A DNA stretch of 64,000 nucleotides from Antechinus flavipes (GCF_016432865.1 NC_067398.1:334242001-334306000); one strand, 5' to 3'; positions 15,015 to 29,272 are shown, counted from the stretch's first letter. Notes: generated by a model not told the origin, from the letters alone. Program-made: numbers and translations.

Positions 15015-17039
15015 ATCTGGAAGAAAGGGAGTAAGGGGGGAAAGTACCGACAAATGACTCCCTCACAGTAGGGAGGTCTCCTTCCCCTGCTTCCCTTCCA
15101 AGATGGAACGACAGGTGACCCTGTCAGTCTTGGAGATTTTTGGCTTTTTTTTTCTACTAAAACCCCTTGGATGACTGAGCCAAAGGAAGATTCCATATCC
15201 CTTCCTAGTCTTTACTGCTGCTACTGATACTAAAGTCTTCCAAACATCTTTGGATAAGGAGCTACAGAAATTCCTTCCAAGAACTCCAGCATCTTTTCCT
15301 GGATAATGGCAGCACCAAGATCTATGCTATTTCTCTGAAAATGGCTAGAATCATCTTTTTTCTAACCTTGTCAAGAACAAAGTTCTTCAATGTGTTCTGA
15401 CTTTGCTGTCCCCAATTTCCAGGAAAATGGGACCATCGAGATTTTCCTTGCCTTTTTTGGTCTTCTGTTGGAACTATGGTAGCTACTGTGATCCCCCTGG
15501 ACTCCCAAAAGACAGGATGTGATCTCCCCATCAGCTCTTGTGTCCTAATTTTAACATACTCTTCCTAATCCAGAATCCAGCAAACCCCTCCCCTCCCTCT
15601 CTTTTTTTTTTTTTATAGTTTCCATGATTGAAGATTTTTTTTTTAGAGAATAAAATTTGTCTTGCCTGAAAGGTAATGGTCTCTATTTGTGGGAGGCTGC
15701 TTGACTTTGGGTGGCTAAAGAGGGGGCAGAGGCCTGAGATAGTGGGAGGAGAGGATTGAAGAGCATTCCAAAGGCATGCAGGTCCAAAGGACAGTGTCCT
15801 GGCATTAGAAATGAAGCAGAGATTATGTAATCCTTGGGTAATATTCTGGGAGTAGGGTATCAGGGCCACCTGTGCAACAGTATGTTACGTCCCATACCCT
15901 CCCATCAAAACCCCCACTTATAAATCAGATGGAGGCCAATTACAGAACATTTGCTTTATTCCTGTTTATAGGTAGAGTTGGAAGCTGATACTGCTGGGTC
16001 CAGATAATTAGGTGACTGGATAGCTGGGCTCTTAGCCACAGAGGAGAAAAAAGTGTTTGGGCAAGGATTTCTCCTTCACCTAAATGCTGGTGGTGGACTT
16101 GGGAGCTCAACCTGTGCAGAAGCGAGAACTAGTCCTTAAATGTACTTGAGGGGCCCAAGGTTTTGTTCTAAGGAAAGGGTAGGTACCCTTAATTTTTCAT
16201 GGGGACTGTGGCTAAAAGTGGTGGTTCCATTGTTAGAACCTGATAAAGAAGAGTGAAGTTAGGAGTATTGAACTAGAGAAAGCAGAAATTTGGAAAACCC
16301 AGCTCTTCCCCAGAGCCTAAGGAGCATCAGGTAAGTCCACTTAACCTCTCTGGATTTGTTTTCTTTATAAAACAGAAAATAATACTTGCCCTAACGCATG
16401 AGGGGTAAATGAGATCTCGTAAGAGAAGCACTTAACTTTCCTCAGAAAATTAAAGCTTTGCAAAGGTCTACAGGATCAGAAAAGCAAGATTGGAACAGGT
16501 AATTGAAACCAAGTAGGACTAAGCCCAGTGAAGGGATTTGGGACTTTAGAATTGGAGGAGGGGGGTGGTTTAGGTACATTTTGATGGCTGAGGTTTAATT
16601 TCCTGTTGGATTCTGGGAGGAAGGTGAAGGGTAGTGGCGAAACAAAGGGATTCTTGTTAGGGTGCGTTTCTAGTTAGATCTCAACTTAAACTTTTTGAGA
16701 TAAGATTGGTCTTGTTATATAGGTGAGAAACCAATATTGGAAGAAAGACAATGATGATACAATGAAACAAGCGTTTCTATTCCAGTTCAGGATGTAGTTA
16801 CAAATAGGGTTTTATATATATAAAAGACAAAAGATTTCCTTCAGGGTTAACGATACACATAGAGAGTTCTTAAGATTGAAATGGTCCATTGACTTAGGAT
16901 TTTGAGCTAATATTAGGGTAAACCAAGTCCAACACTGGAGCCAGGATTATTTCTGGCCAATGAATTCAGAAAGATGTCCTTAAATGACTTTCAGAGTCCT
17001 TGTTCAGACTGAAGTTGGGATGCTGATTCTTCGGCTGTC

Positions 17040-17693
17040 TCACACATAGTCCCGTTTATCCAGACCAGAGGCCCCTGATCGGGAAGCAGCAGAATATCCC
17101 AGCTGGGGTCCCCTAGGCCGGTCAGGCTGAGGTGGGGGACAAGTGCAGCACAACAGTCCTCCCCCTAGCATCAGCAGGGCAGCAGCTGCCCAGCCCAGGT
17201 AAAGCGAAGCCCCCAACTCCCGCTTCAGAGCTTCAGCCACCAGAGGATTGTAGAAGTCCTGGATGATGGCATGGGCTGTCCAGCACACAGGGATCAGTAC
17301 CAAGATCCCAGAGATGAGGAAGATGATGCCTGAGGTCAGCACAATCCTTGCTTTGGCTGTCTCGTCTTCCACACATGTGGTACACTGGGCTCCAGTGATA
17401 GCCACTAGCAGACCCAGCAAAGCAAGCATCAGAGCAATGACAGAGAGGGCCCGAGCTGCCTGTAGGTCCTGGGGCAGAGCTAGCAGGGAGTCGTACACCT
17501 TGCACTGCATCTGGCCGGTGCTCTGGACCACACAGGACATCCACAGGCCTTCCCACACCACCTGGGCCACCACGATGCTGTTGCCAATGAAGGCTGTGAC
17601 CTTCCACAGGGGCAGGGCACAGGACACTAAGGTCCCCAGCCAGCCCAAAACCACTAGAGTCAGGCCCAGGAGTTCCAGCCCAGCTGAAGCCAT
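17040..17693 (-). CDS. CLDN9: Claudin-9, single coding exon, 217 aa
   Basis: Claudin signature present. The C-terminus [14 protein letters not shown] is diagnostic of CLDN9. It is convergent with CLDN6. Minus-strand AATAAA at 15955-15960. Confidence 0.97.
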   Translation of the reverse strand: MASAGLELLGLTLVVLGWLGTLVSCALPLWKVTAFIGNSIVVAQVVWEGLWMSCVVQSTGQMQCKVYDSLLALPQDLQAARALSVIALMLALLGLLVAITGAQCTTCVEDETAKARIVLTSGIIFLISGILVLIPVCWTAHAIIQDFYNPLVAEALKRELGASLYLGWAAAALLMLGGGLLCCTCPPPQPDRPRGPQLGYSAASRSGASGLDKRDYV

Positions 17694-20495
17694 CTCCCCT
17701 TATGTCTTCTCAATCTTTATGACCCTTGGTTGAACTTGGGAGAAAAGGATCAAAAAGTTTCCAGTACAACCTAGGCTCTTTTAGCACCTAATGGGTAAAG
17801 GAATAGAGGGCTCACTTACATCAATGATCCCCTTGTCCGAGACTGGGCTACTTCCTTCCTTAATGACAGATCTTGATCAGATCTCTTCTCCAGCTTTGCT
17901 GTTCTTTTTCTTTTAAAGTTCAAGAAACATCTCCATTTGAACTGGATTCTTCACAGTTGATTGCTGATCCCTATATATGATCAATCACCTTTTCTCCTAC
18001 CTGAAAGATCCTGGTTATTTTCCCCTAGAAAGGTCCTATATAATAAGGTCTTTGTAATTGCCGCTGTTCCTATTTGCTTTCCAGGAAGCTGTCCGATCGA
18101 TGCTCCCCTGCTTAGTCTATGCTTCTGCTCTGGACGTGTCTGGGGAGATTTTTTTACATTCGCTTTCTAATGGGGCTGGAGGTCCGATAGTTTTTCCTTT
18201 GGGTCAGCTCCCAAACCCTGATGCTCCTTGTCTAGGTGACTTATTCCCCAGGATTTCACAAGTGTCTGAAACTGGAAGGGCAAGGGCAGGAGTGGTTATA
18301 GGACTGGAGCTAGGGGAGGAGTGAAGTGGGAGTCTAGGAGCCGGTGATTGGGGGAACCACAGCAACGAGGAGGTGGGGGGTGGAGCTGGGGGGTGCCCAG
18401 AGGACTCTAATGTGGGTTCTAGGGCCATTTGTGGAAGGATGGGGGGCACTACATGGTGAGTTTGCAATGGCTGTATAAGAAGGAAAAGGGAAAGTAATAG
18501 AGAACGTCCAAATGACCAAGCTATGGAGAAAAAGATATATGGAAGAATAAAAAGTCAGGCATGGTGTTATTACCTTGGATTTCCTTGAGAAAGAGGGACA
18601 TATACTGCAATAAGCCAAACAACTTGAATCTTAAATCTAAATTGACCCCTAAATTTCCCTGAATTTCAATACCTTGATGCCTTGTCCCCTCCCTATCTCT
18701 CTTGACTCTGCTGACCCCATCCTACCTTCTGTAATAGTCCCTCCATTTCACAGCAGCTCAGCTCCCCTGTCCCCAGTATCTCTCTTCTGTCTCCATATCC
18801 TTTCCTCCCCCTCCTAGTTTCTGTTTCCCTCCACCCCCAGGACCTAGGGAATCTGATCTTTCTCAGTCTCAGCCCAAGGGCTCTTGCATCTCCCAGGGGA
18901 GGGGCCCTGCCTGCCGTGTTCCCTAGGCAACAAATATGTGGCGCCAGGCTCAGGTGGCATTACCAGGGTAACGGCCTAGAAAGCTTCCCCCCCCCCTCCC
19001 CTTCAACAACCTGCAGCTCAGGTGTGCAGTCCCCTCCTCTCCTCTAGTTGGAACTGCAGAACTGAATTGTGGGAAGCTACTCATTCAGGGTCTCTGGAAT
19101 CCCAACCCCCTCCCACCCCAGGGAGACAAAGAGTCTGTTGTGGAGATAGGGGAAGGAGGGAATCGGGACAAAGGGGCCTGTGAAGAAGCCCATGAGGGGG
19201 TGGGGCACTTCTCTGGTGGAGAAAAGGATGTCGTAGGAGAGGATGGGGGCCCATCTCTGTGGCCCAACCCAACATGGGGTCCTCAGAAGCAGCTCTGCCC
19301 TCGCACTGTGTCATGCTCCCTGAGGAGAGGTAAACTCCTCCTCTTCTGTTTTCCCCAGGTGGCCTCAAGTAAACTTGTTTTGTTGCAGAAACCATCAGAA
19401 ATGTCAGCCCCGGAGAAAGGAATCCAAGAAACTGAAACTGAGGTGTGAGGAGGATGCTGTAAAAAGTAGCAACTCCAGTGGAATGTCTCAGAGACTCAAT
19501 GGCAGTTCTAGGACATTCCATAAAAGTCCAGGGGAAGCTTGTCTCTGTTATACCATTCTCAACCAAATCTTTAGAGAGACAACAAGATCTGAGTTCAAAT
19601 CCTGCCTCTAATATTTAATGTTTGCATGAAAACAGACAAGTCAATCTCAGAGCTTTATCAATTTGTCTACAAAATGATGATGGTACCTGTAATAATAGTT
19701 TTGTGAACATCAAAAGAGATAACACACACTTTAAAGAGTTATATATGTAGGGAACTAATTCTCTTTTCTTTTGGCCCTAATTCAACCCTTCTTCACTCTT
19801 TCTTCTGGTGACACACTGATGTTTCACCTTAACATTCCATCTTTCAAATCCCTCCCTGATACCTGGTATCTCAGGGTCCTGTTTCCTTTTCTGGAGAGCT
19901 CCTCTGTGGAGGATGATTCATACCTTCATAGCATTTGGAACTGGAAGGGAAGACCTTCATTTAATAAAGGAAGAAAAAAAATTTTATTCTGCTATCAGTT
20001 GGCTGAGATAGCTTCTGAAGGCCCTGACTTTTCTGATAGTTTGTGATACTGAGGAGGCCCAGAAGGTCATTGACCTGCCCTAAGATAACACAGGTAGTGA
20101 GTAGCAGAGATGGAATTTCTACACAGGTTCTCTGGCTCGAAGCCTCAGCTTTCTCTATTATATCCTATTACCTCCTCCCAAGAGCCAGTAACCTGTGTCC
20201 TGGCTGAAAGAACCTTCTGATAAAAGTGACAAAAGGGTTAGAAGAAAGGTTGTAGAAAAAAAAATTTTTAATCTGGGAATGATGAAACTGAAGAAGACAA
20301 AAGAGATGTCAGATTCAGGGATCTGGACTGTTTGCCAAAGAAAGCATTTGTACTAAGAGTCAGAAAACCTAGGTTCTTATCCCAATTTTACCATAAACTA
20401 GCTGTGGGATGGTTGAGAAGTTTGGAATTACTCTTAAATTTTCTCATTACAAAATAGGGATTAGAATACAGAGCTCAGAGAAATCTTAAAATATA

Positions 20496-20497
<2 letters not shown>

Positions 20498-20537
<40 letters not shown>
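20498..20537. repeat. (CA)n microsatellite
   Basis: About 20 uninterrupted CA units visible. Confidence 0.95.
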
Positions 20538-20540
<3 letters not shown>

Positions 20541-23500
20541 CTGTAAATGGAAGGGAATCCAGGAGGATTTAAAACTTCATTTTATAGAGGAAACTGAGGT
20601 TGAGGAAATGAAGTGACTTGCCTGGAGCCTGTGAATTTAGAGCTCTATCATACCACATTGCCTCTGTCACAGATGTCAGAGTCAGAAGAAGCTATATACA
20701 TAGAACAAAGGATGTCAGATCATCTCTATAATTCCTTTCTTTTATGCCTGATAGAAATAGGATAAAAATAAGTGACCAGGAATTACCATTCCAAGACTGC
20801 TTTATAGATACACATCTATCACTGTCTTCACTGATAAGCCAAAGGGATGGTGGGTGCAGTTCCGATGATGATGGATCAAAGTAGACAAAGGCATCTCTTC
20901 CTAGGACGCAGGATGCAGGACAAAAGAAGCAATAAGAGAAGGCTGTGAAATCTTTGGGATGTCTCTTGAGATAGAGATTAACTCTGGGAAGAACAGGGCC
21001 CCATCCAATTGTGCTGAGAGAGGAGCCTGGAGACCAGATAGTAAAGATGACCTTTGGAGAGGCCAGCAACAGAATTTTCTATTTCTCCAAGAGGAATCAG
21101 GAATCTTGTCCCACTGGTTTGTGCAACTCAAAGTAAAGGGCTTCATTGCCTGGTTACTCCAAGAGACAGCCTAGTGACCCTTGTAAATACCCTCCTCCCC
21201 TTCCCCCACCCTGCTTCAGTCCTGAAACCTTTACCCAGGAAGCTGCATGCAGGCAATTGGACTCCACCAACTTGTTTGTCTCTCCTGCTAGGTATTTGCT
21301 GGGATAAGTAACTACCATGGAGATCTAAGGTAATGGCCTTCCTTTCCTAAATTGTGCCATCTGCTCCACTATAATATAAAAATGTTTTGCCAACTAACTT
21401 TCAGGGAAGAAAGATGGGAATGATATTGCCTTTTGGTTTCTATTTCTTTCAGTTTCCCCATGGTCCCCTGATAACCTTGACACTGCACCTATATGATTCT
21501 TTCTTATTCCTGGCCTAATCTGTATGGATATTAATAGTCAAGTGAGTTGTTCAAGATCATAAAAGTAGCAAAGCCCAGTCAAATCCGAAGCCAGGTCCTC
21601 CTCCTAAAATCGTTCACTTCTCCAAATTCAATGATCCTAAGAAATGGTCCCTGGTATCAAAGAATAAAATGGCGCAAAATAAAGTTTGGAGATTATTACA
21701 TATTAAAATGTGATATTCCACTAAAGCTTATTCACTGAAGAGTCCTATTATCAAACATATCAGCAGAGCAGAAGCTCTGACGAGGCCAGCCAGTGTAGTA
21801 AGGCTTAATGGGAGGGTCCCCGCTAAAGAAATTATCTCATATAGTATTAAAGTGTAGACTACAATCAATATTCTATACTTTGAGGATAGGGGATCCTTTA
21901 TTTTCCTTCAAAGATGGTTTTTCATTGAAAATAGTTACTCTTCACTTGTGGTTCAGGTTCCTTCTTTCTTTTCCCTCTAGCAAGACAGCCACCTCCCTTC
22001 AGTCCAAAGCCCCCTTAAGCAAAAAAAGGAGGTGGCCAGAGAAGAAAAAAGGGCTGCTCTTTATTATGCATTTTATGGTTACTAGGCACTCGGAATACAT
22101 TACTTCACTAACAACACTTTCTTACAACAACCCAATGATTTGAGAACTATTTCCCTTCCACTAAAAAGTGGAAACTAATGCCTGGAAGTGACCAAGCTAA
22201 ATTGAGAAAGGAGTAAGGGTTTGTATAATGCCTATTATGTGCCTAGCACAGTACTAAACTCTTTAAACAAAGTTTCACCTTATTTGATCTTTAGGACAAC
22301 CTGTCGAGGTAGCTGTTGTTATTCTCATTTTACAAGAAACGTGTTAAGTTATTTAGCCAGGGTCACAAAACTCATAATCTTAAGTGTCCAAAGTTGGATT
22401 TATATAATGATCTTCCCCGACTATAGACTTAGAGTCATATCCACTGTGACTCAGAGCCCTTAAACCAGTACTCTTTTCACTAAACCTCAAGGCTGGTGGA
22501 GAGAAAGGTGCTAAACTAAGAAGCTGGAAATCTGAAGATTAGACCATTTGGATTGGTGGGGTAGGAAATAAGATTTGTAGTACATATTTAGTGGTAGGTT
22601 ATTGTCCTTCATTCTAAAAAAGGACCAAAATGACATCACTAAATTAGCGGTAGGTACAGAGGGAAAGAATGATATGGTGCTGAGGCAATCCAGAGCAGAC
22701 TGGTCTGGGCTTTTCGAAAATTACCCCACCCCAGATATTATACTAAAGTTGTAAAGAAAATAATACAATTTGGGGTGGACTGGGAGAAGTATTTCAGTGT
22801 TTCCTTCCTATAAAGGCAAATCACCGGAAAAGATTCTGGGCGTGAAAGGGTTAATCCAGAAGCGGGAGTCTGGGGACAGAGGAATGGGACCCAGACAAAG
22901 GAGAAGGCCTGAGGATGGAATGCAATTGATATGGTGGGGGTGGGAGCCACCCTCACACCAGTTACCATTTCAATGGCTCATTAACACTTATGCAAAGGAT
23001 TGTGGAGGCCCCCAACCCCCTATCCGGTCTCTGACTAACCAAAAAGAAGAATTGGGGGAAGGGACTCTTTTGTTTAGTAAATTTTCCTAGAAGAAACTGA
23101 GGCACGAGTAAGGCTGAAGTGTCTTTCTCTGCCTTCAGGTAACAAGTTTCCTACCCTGACCTATATTATTTAGAGGCATAGATTCTTTCCAGTGGGCAGC
23201 CCGGCTCTGGAGTGCTACTAGAAGTCAGATTCTGACTGGAAAGATAAGGGCTGTGGTTGAGGCTGAGTTCAGAGTTTTGCAAAGGGAGAAAACAAAGGGA
23301 GCCATAGGAAGTTGTTGTCAAACTGATTCCCAGGCCCCAAAGTGGAAATGAAACCTGTTGAGTCTCAACTTCAATCATTACTCGATGAGACTTGTAGGCA
23401 AGAGCAGATGGGATCTTCTAGGGAAACATTCTCGCCTGCAACAAAAACCTCCTCTCCTTCAAAACATCCCAGCTTAGTACTTCCAATAAATCTTCAAGTG

Positions 23501-25899
23501 ATTCTGACTCAAAGTATTCCATACACCCAAATCCAAAATGCCTCCTCTCCGGTTGGGGTGGCTCTCCCAGTTACTCTTAACTTACTAAGCCTAGAGAAAA
23601 CAATGGTATGATTAAGAAACACAGCTGGATTTAAGGGGTAATTCACTTTGCAGGTGGTGGGGAGACATTTATTATGACATATGAACCCTTTTTGCGCCGA
23701 ACTCTGTCTCATGATTCACCAAGTTGTATTAACAAATAAAATTCAAACATGTATTAAGTACTTATTTTGTGCATTTTCAGATTGGACAATATAATACTTC
23801 AGATCTTACCTCAGGCACAAACATACCTGGTTCCCAAGTCTGTCCTTAGTATTATTTTCACTTCTAAGCAATCTAAAGAAAAGGCTGCCCAAGGACAAAA
23901 ACAACAAATACTTTATTCAGTTGTAAATTTCCAATATCAAAACCAGAAATTATTATAATTTGGGTTATTTCTGGATGGAAAGGGAGATATGACCAGAGAA
24001 AGAGAACCCATTTGCTGAGCCAGTCTTGATTATAAACTTTTTACAGACAAAACAGTGCCATGTAATACTAGGAATCTTAATACTGTAGACTTTTAATAAA
24101 TACCGTTTAACCTTTAACTTTAAAGCTGGATGGAATACTGAGATTCTTAGGCCAGATATCAGTATTATCAGTTTTAGCCCAATCAATTTTTGGCTTACAG
24201 GGGACTGTAATCTAATTATCAAATTTATGAATTACTACTAAAGACCCCATAATTTCCCTCTTCCTTACAGCTAATGTCATCAAACATTGCCTAGGGGGGC
24301 AAATAAGTAGGCTGATTCCTTCAAATTCTTCACAGAGCAGGCTTTTCTTTTCCTAAAGGGTTTTCAGTTGATCTGACCTCTGACCTTAGTCCTTCCCTTC
24401 CCAGTCCCACCTCTTCACCTGGCTTCTGGGTTAACTAGTAAACTCCCCCTCAGTGTTATGCAAACTTGTCCCACACGGCAAATTCATTCCAAAAGCCTGG
24501 GACAATGTGGCTGGTTTCACAATTGTTGGATTTTCTGTTAAATGCCATACATTTACAAGAAATGAAACGACAGTCCCAACTTTCTGGGTCTGTGCATCAA
24601 CTGCTTAGAATTTCTGGCTCAAGGTGGAGTATAAAACTTCACTGAGCTCATTAATCTGAGGAAAAGAAGTCATGAGGAACATTTGCTTAGGAAAAGGGGT
24701 ATTGGGATTGGAACAAATAATTCAGGACCACTAGGCAGAGAGTCAGTTGCCATCCCCAGTTAGGGGATGGAAATCAGGAATTCTTGAACTTTTTTCCACT
24801 AGATCTTCTGGCTCAGTCACACTAGAGGCAGGACCTTTTTCTTGCAGAAAAGCCAAACACCTGATTGGTCACTTGGTCTGGATTCATCTGAGGAATAAGG
24901 AAAATGTGTTTATAATACTTTGGAGAGAAACTGGAAGGGAGAAAAGGAGAAGACTTCTAGACTCACCTTTTGGGACCTTAGTCCCTATAGCAGTCATCTT
25001 CCACAGAGCAAAAAGGCAAGATCACCCGTCTTGTATATATTGCTCCTGTAAATATAAACCTAATATAAATATTATGCATTCTTTAACACTGCAGTTTTTT
25101 GGGGTCATTAGGCCTTCTAAGACTTTTTCATTCAATATCTAACTTCAAGAATACTGTAACATGATTAAACTAAAAAAAACTTAATGAGAATAAATTGTCA
25201 TTTGTAAATAATATTTGGCCTTTTTACTCCTTCCTTAAAGTATAAGCTAAAAGCCCTAAGATCTGGGCTTTATCCATTAACTAGTCTGCCTCCATGTGGT
25301 GACAATGACATTTATTACATGACTTCATAATGAACAAAATTGTGATTAACAAAATGAATGGAAATACGATTATGGTAAAAATGTTGATTTCAAATCATAA
25401 TTCCTTTCTTCCCTAACGCCTATATCCAGATATAGGTTCTGGCTAGTTTTCACAGAATCATGAATTTCAAAGACAGAAGGCACCTAAGAGTAATCCAATC
25501 GATAATAATCCCCTAAACCAAAAATATTAGTCATCTAGTCTGTTTGAAGATCTCTAATAATAATAGATGGCATTTATATAGCATTTTAAAGTTTTTAAAG
25601 TACCTTCCTATTACAATACAAATATTATCTCATTTGATTCTCATCACAACCTTGGGAAGGAGGTGCTATTATTGTCCCCACTAGGAAATCTAGGCAGAAT
25701 CAGACAAGTGATTTGCACAGGATTACACTCAAGTAAATGTCTTGAGGCTATATTTGAAATAGGTTTTCTAGACTCCTGAGTTCAGCCACTGCCACACCTA
25801 GCTGCTACTCTTCGGGTTGGGGGATTTGGGTGGGGCAAATTTGAGGGAAGAGAACAGTATTGAGAGAGGAGACCACAGATTCTTTTGCTAGAAACTCAC

Positions 25900-26960
25900 T
25901 CCTCAAATCAAGCCAATGACTTATAACTACTACTTTCTGAGTAAATTCTAGGGCCAAGCCCAAAAAGTCTCATTCTTGCTGCCAGGGATAAATTCTTTAA
26001 CTTTTTGAGGAGAGGTATCGCGATCTCCCCTAAATCAGTTCCTTCAACTGCTGTTCATGATCTGGAACTCCTTCACCTCAATGGTTATCTTCTAGTTTAT
26101 CAATGTCCTTCCTTAAAAGTAGCACTCTCTTAGCGATGGGTCTGACCAGAGAAGATAATCGTGGGACCAGCATCTCCTTAGTCCTGGACAGGACACCCCT
26201 TTATACAACTCAAGATAAGAGTCACTGTTTTCTCTTCCACAGCACAAAACTGACTTCTTAAGAGGCAGTAGTCCAACAAAAATCCTAAATCTTTTTCAGA
26301 GTAGCTATCCCTTTTAAATTTTATTATCATAGACTTGGGCCAATCTTGTCACTTATTGGTAACTTTAGTGATTCCGTCTGTGCTGACTTTATGTCATCTC
26401 CAAATTTGCTAAGCATGTGATCTATTCCTGTAACATGTTTATCAATAACTTCAACAGCACAGGGCCAGGCAGTTTCAAGGCCATGTTTGCCATTAGAACT
26501 CTCCTAGCAAACTGACTCCTCTGGGTGTAGTCTTTGAACACTTCTGAATGCACCAAATTGAGCTCAGTGGTGTCAAATTTAATCAGAAATGGATCCCTAG
26601 GGCCAAATATTGATTTTAAAAAACCACAAATTAACATTATGTTTTATTATATTATTTTAGTTACACATTTCCCACTTAGGAGTTTTAGGGGTCACAAGTT
26701 ATAGACTCCTGGTCTAGCTCACCTTTTTTGTCCAAAAGAATAGAGTATCAGACACTCTTATCAAATACTTTGATAAAATCTGGCCAAACAATATCTAAGG
26801 TATTCTTTGATCAGCAATGCTACTGAGCAGTGTTGGCTCTTTGTGATCAACTTGTGCTTTTCTAAATAATTCACTAGTTGTTTTTTTTTTCCCCCTAGAG
26901 TTTTTATCAGAAATAAAGATCAAATTCACCAGTATTTCTCTAATGCTCTTCTGAAAATCA
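25900..26960 (-). mobile_element. Degraded CR1/L3 LINE fragment (RT C-terminal region)
   Basis: Minus-strand translation with stops gives SRTKEMLVPRLSSLVRP...RKDIDKLE...QLKEL, matching the CR1 pattern SR.REVI.PLYSALVRP...KDIDKLE...RLKEL. The upstream text matches the LFNIFINDL/KFADD region. Boundaries are approximate. Confidence 0.75.
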
Positions 26961-26974
26961 GTATGTTTGGGTCA

Positions 26975-27105
26975 AGTAGATGAGCAGTGGAGCATCACCC
27001 CTGCAATCTGAAAGACCAGAATTCAAATCCAGCCTCAGACACTACTTTCTAGCTGTGTGACCCTGGACAAATCACTTAACCCCAATTGCCTCAGCAAAAA
27101 AATGA
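26975..27105 (+). mobile_element. WSINE1-like SINE
   Basis: CAGTGGAGC...CAGAATTCAAATCCAGCCTCAGACAC...CTAGCTGTGTGACCCTGGACAAATCACTTAACCCCAATTGCCTCAGC followed by an A-tail. Confidence 0.8.
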
Positions 27106-27559
27106 AAAACAAACAACAACAAAAAAAGAAAATCAGTATTTATGTTTTTTTTATTCTAGGAATTTACAACTTGCTAGATTAGGGGAAAAAAAGTTTTAGT
27201 CTATTCTCCTTCCCTCACAGGCATTTTATGCAGAATCAAAGAATTGTAAGTTGCAAGTTATGTCTGGAGATCACTTGATTCAATTTATCTTTCTTACCTA
27301 ATTTCCTATTATTCTTTCTCCTCATATAGGTTCCTTGATGTCAGAGACAATTTTGTCTTTATGTGCCCAGAGCCTGGTACATAGTAAGGGCTTGAGAAAT
27401 ACTGGGTTAAAAGAATCAAACCCTTACCTGAAGCATAAATCCCCTCTAGGAAACCCACTAAGAATGGTCATCCAGCTCTCCTTTAAGACCTTTAAAGAGT
27501 AGTAGCTTAATGCCCATTCTAGTTTTAGACGGTACTAATCCATTTCTGGGGCGCTAGCC

Positions 27560-28770
27560 CAAATTCTATGCTCAGGAGCTAAGCAAAACAATTCTATTCC
27601 TCTTCCACAAGAAAACCCTCAGAAAACAATAATCACCACCCCTACTACAAGTGTCTTTAAGACAGGCATTTTGTTTCTTTAACCAATCCTTATATGGAAT
27701 AGTTTTGAGTCTCACCATGTTGGATGCCCTCTTCAGGACACCCTCTAGAATGTCCCCATTCCTCTTAAAAGGTGGTAGCCCAAGCTAAACATGATACTCT
27801 GAGCTAATTAGGGCCGAAACCATTGAGTCCATAACAACTCATAATTGTACAGCAGTTTAAGAGTACAATGTACTCTGCTAATGGGGACAACTGAGAAAAC
27901 TGAAACTTGTTGAGGGTAAAGACCCTCGTTCAAGGCTACATATGGCTAAAAAATAAAAAGTTAGAATCAAGATTTAAACCCAGGTCCTACAGAGCAAATG
28001 TTTCCTTTGAATAACCTGAGTTTTAATTCTATCTCAGGAACTTATTAAATTTTTTGGACACCATGATTCTATAATGCAGCTGAATGATTTTTCCTCTGGG
28101 TGATAATTATACTGTTGATTCACATTGAATTTGTGCTCTGCTAAAATTCTCACATCTTTTTCATATGCGTTATCTAACCACTTCTCTCCCATCCTGTTTT
28201 GGTATAGTTGAATTTCTTTTTGAATCCAGCACAACATTTTTCATTGATTTAAAATTCCATTTTATTTTATTAGTTTTGACCCATCCATTTAACATAGTGA
28301 GCATTTTTGGATTTTAATTTTATGAGGGACATGTTAAATATCCAAGCTTCTTGCCTTTGGGTCACTGATAAAAATACTAAATAAAACAAGGTTTAGAACA
28401 GAACTAGGGGGTACTACTCCACTCTGATACCTCTCTCCAGGTTGATGTCAGATACCACAGAATGGATTTAGAGATGGAAGGACCTCAGATCTAGATAAAT
28501 ACCTTCATTTTATAGTGATATTTCAATCATCTTTTTTCAGGGTACAATTATTCACTTCCATTCCATAATATTCTATCCTCAAGGACATTTAACTATAAAA
28601 AATTTGCTGAAAAAAATGGCTACGCTCTATTGTATTCCCCCTATCAATCAGACTAGTAACTATCCAAAACGGAAGGGTATGCTAATTGGCAAGATTATTG
28701 TTCATCACTTTCCCAAATACTCAGAAAAGCATCCTTTTAATACAATATTTTGCCAATCAATAAAAAGGTT
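27560..28770 (-). mobile_element. Fragments of a second degraded CR1/L3 LINE copy
   Basis: Segments resembling the antisense of CR1 RT, e.g. 'gggtcactgataaaaatactaaataaaacaagg...' and 'catgttggatgccctcttcaggacaccctctagaatgtcc'. They are interleaved with other repeats. Boundaries are approximate. Confidence 0.55.
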
Positions 28771-29272
28771 CGGGAAAATCAATGTTACACAAGAAAGGCT
28801 CATCAAATCCCCTCATTTTACTTACAGAGGGAAAAAAGAAAGCACACAAAAGTAAGGATTTGCTGTGAAAGTCATTAACAGCAAGACCGGCAGGGTCAGA
28901 ATTAGAATCCAGGACTCCTGCTTACTAACAATTCAGGATCATTCCAAATTCCAGGAAACTACAATTTTTCCCGACCAGAAGCAAGCCTTTGTAAGAGGCA
29001 AAGAGAGACAAAGACCAGAAGGCAAACTCACCCACCTGCTGTGTCTCTTCCCCAGAAGTGGGGGTCTACCCCTTTGGGAGACACAGAGGTCATAGGCAGA
29101 GGCCAGCGAAAGGCGGCTGGAGGCGAAGAAGCAAGCCACCAGTCTGCAACACAGGACTGAGAGGCTCTTTCGAAGCTCAAAGGGCCACTTAGTGAGCACC
29201 ACTCGTCCAGGGTGTCTGCAAGACAAGGTCAACGGTACCCAAGACTCAACTGGAGTGGGAAGCTCCAGGTGT

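Noticed and set aside
14294-17733. ORFs antisense to or overlapping the claudins (14294-14635, 14385-14579, 17233-17607, 17263-17733)
   Set aside because: Mirror frames of the genuine claudin CDSs.
19081-19611. Overlapping 100-160 aa ORFs upstream of CLDN9
   Set aside because: No recognisable domain, no coherent splice structure, and mutually overlapping on both strands.
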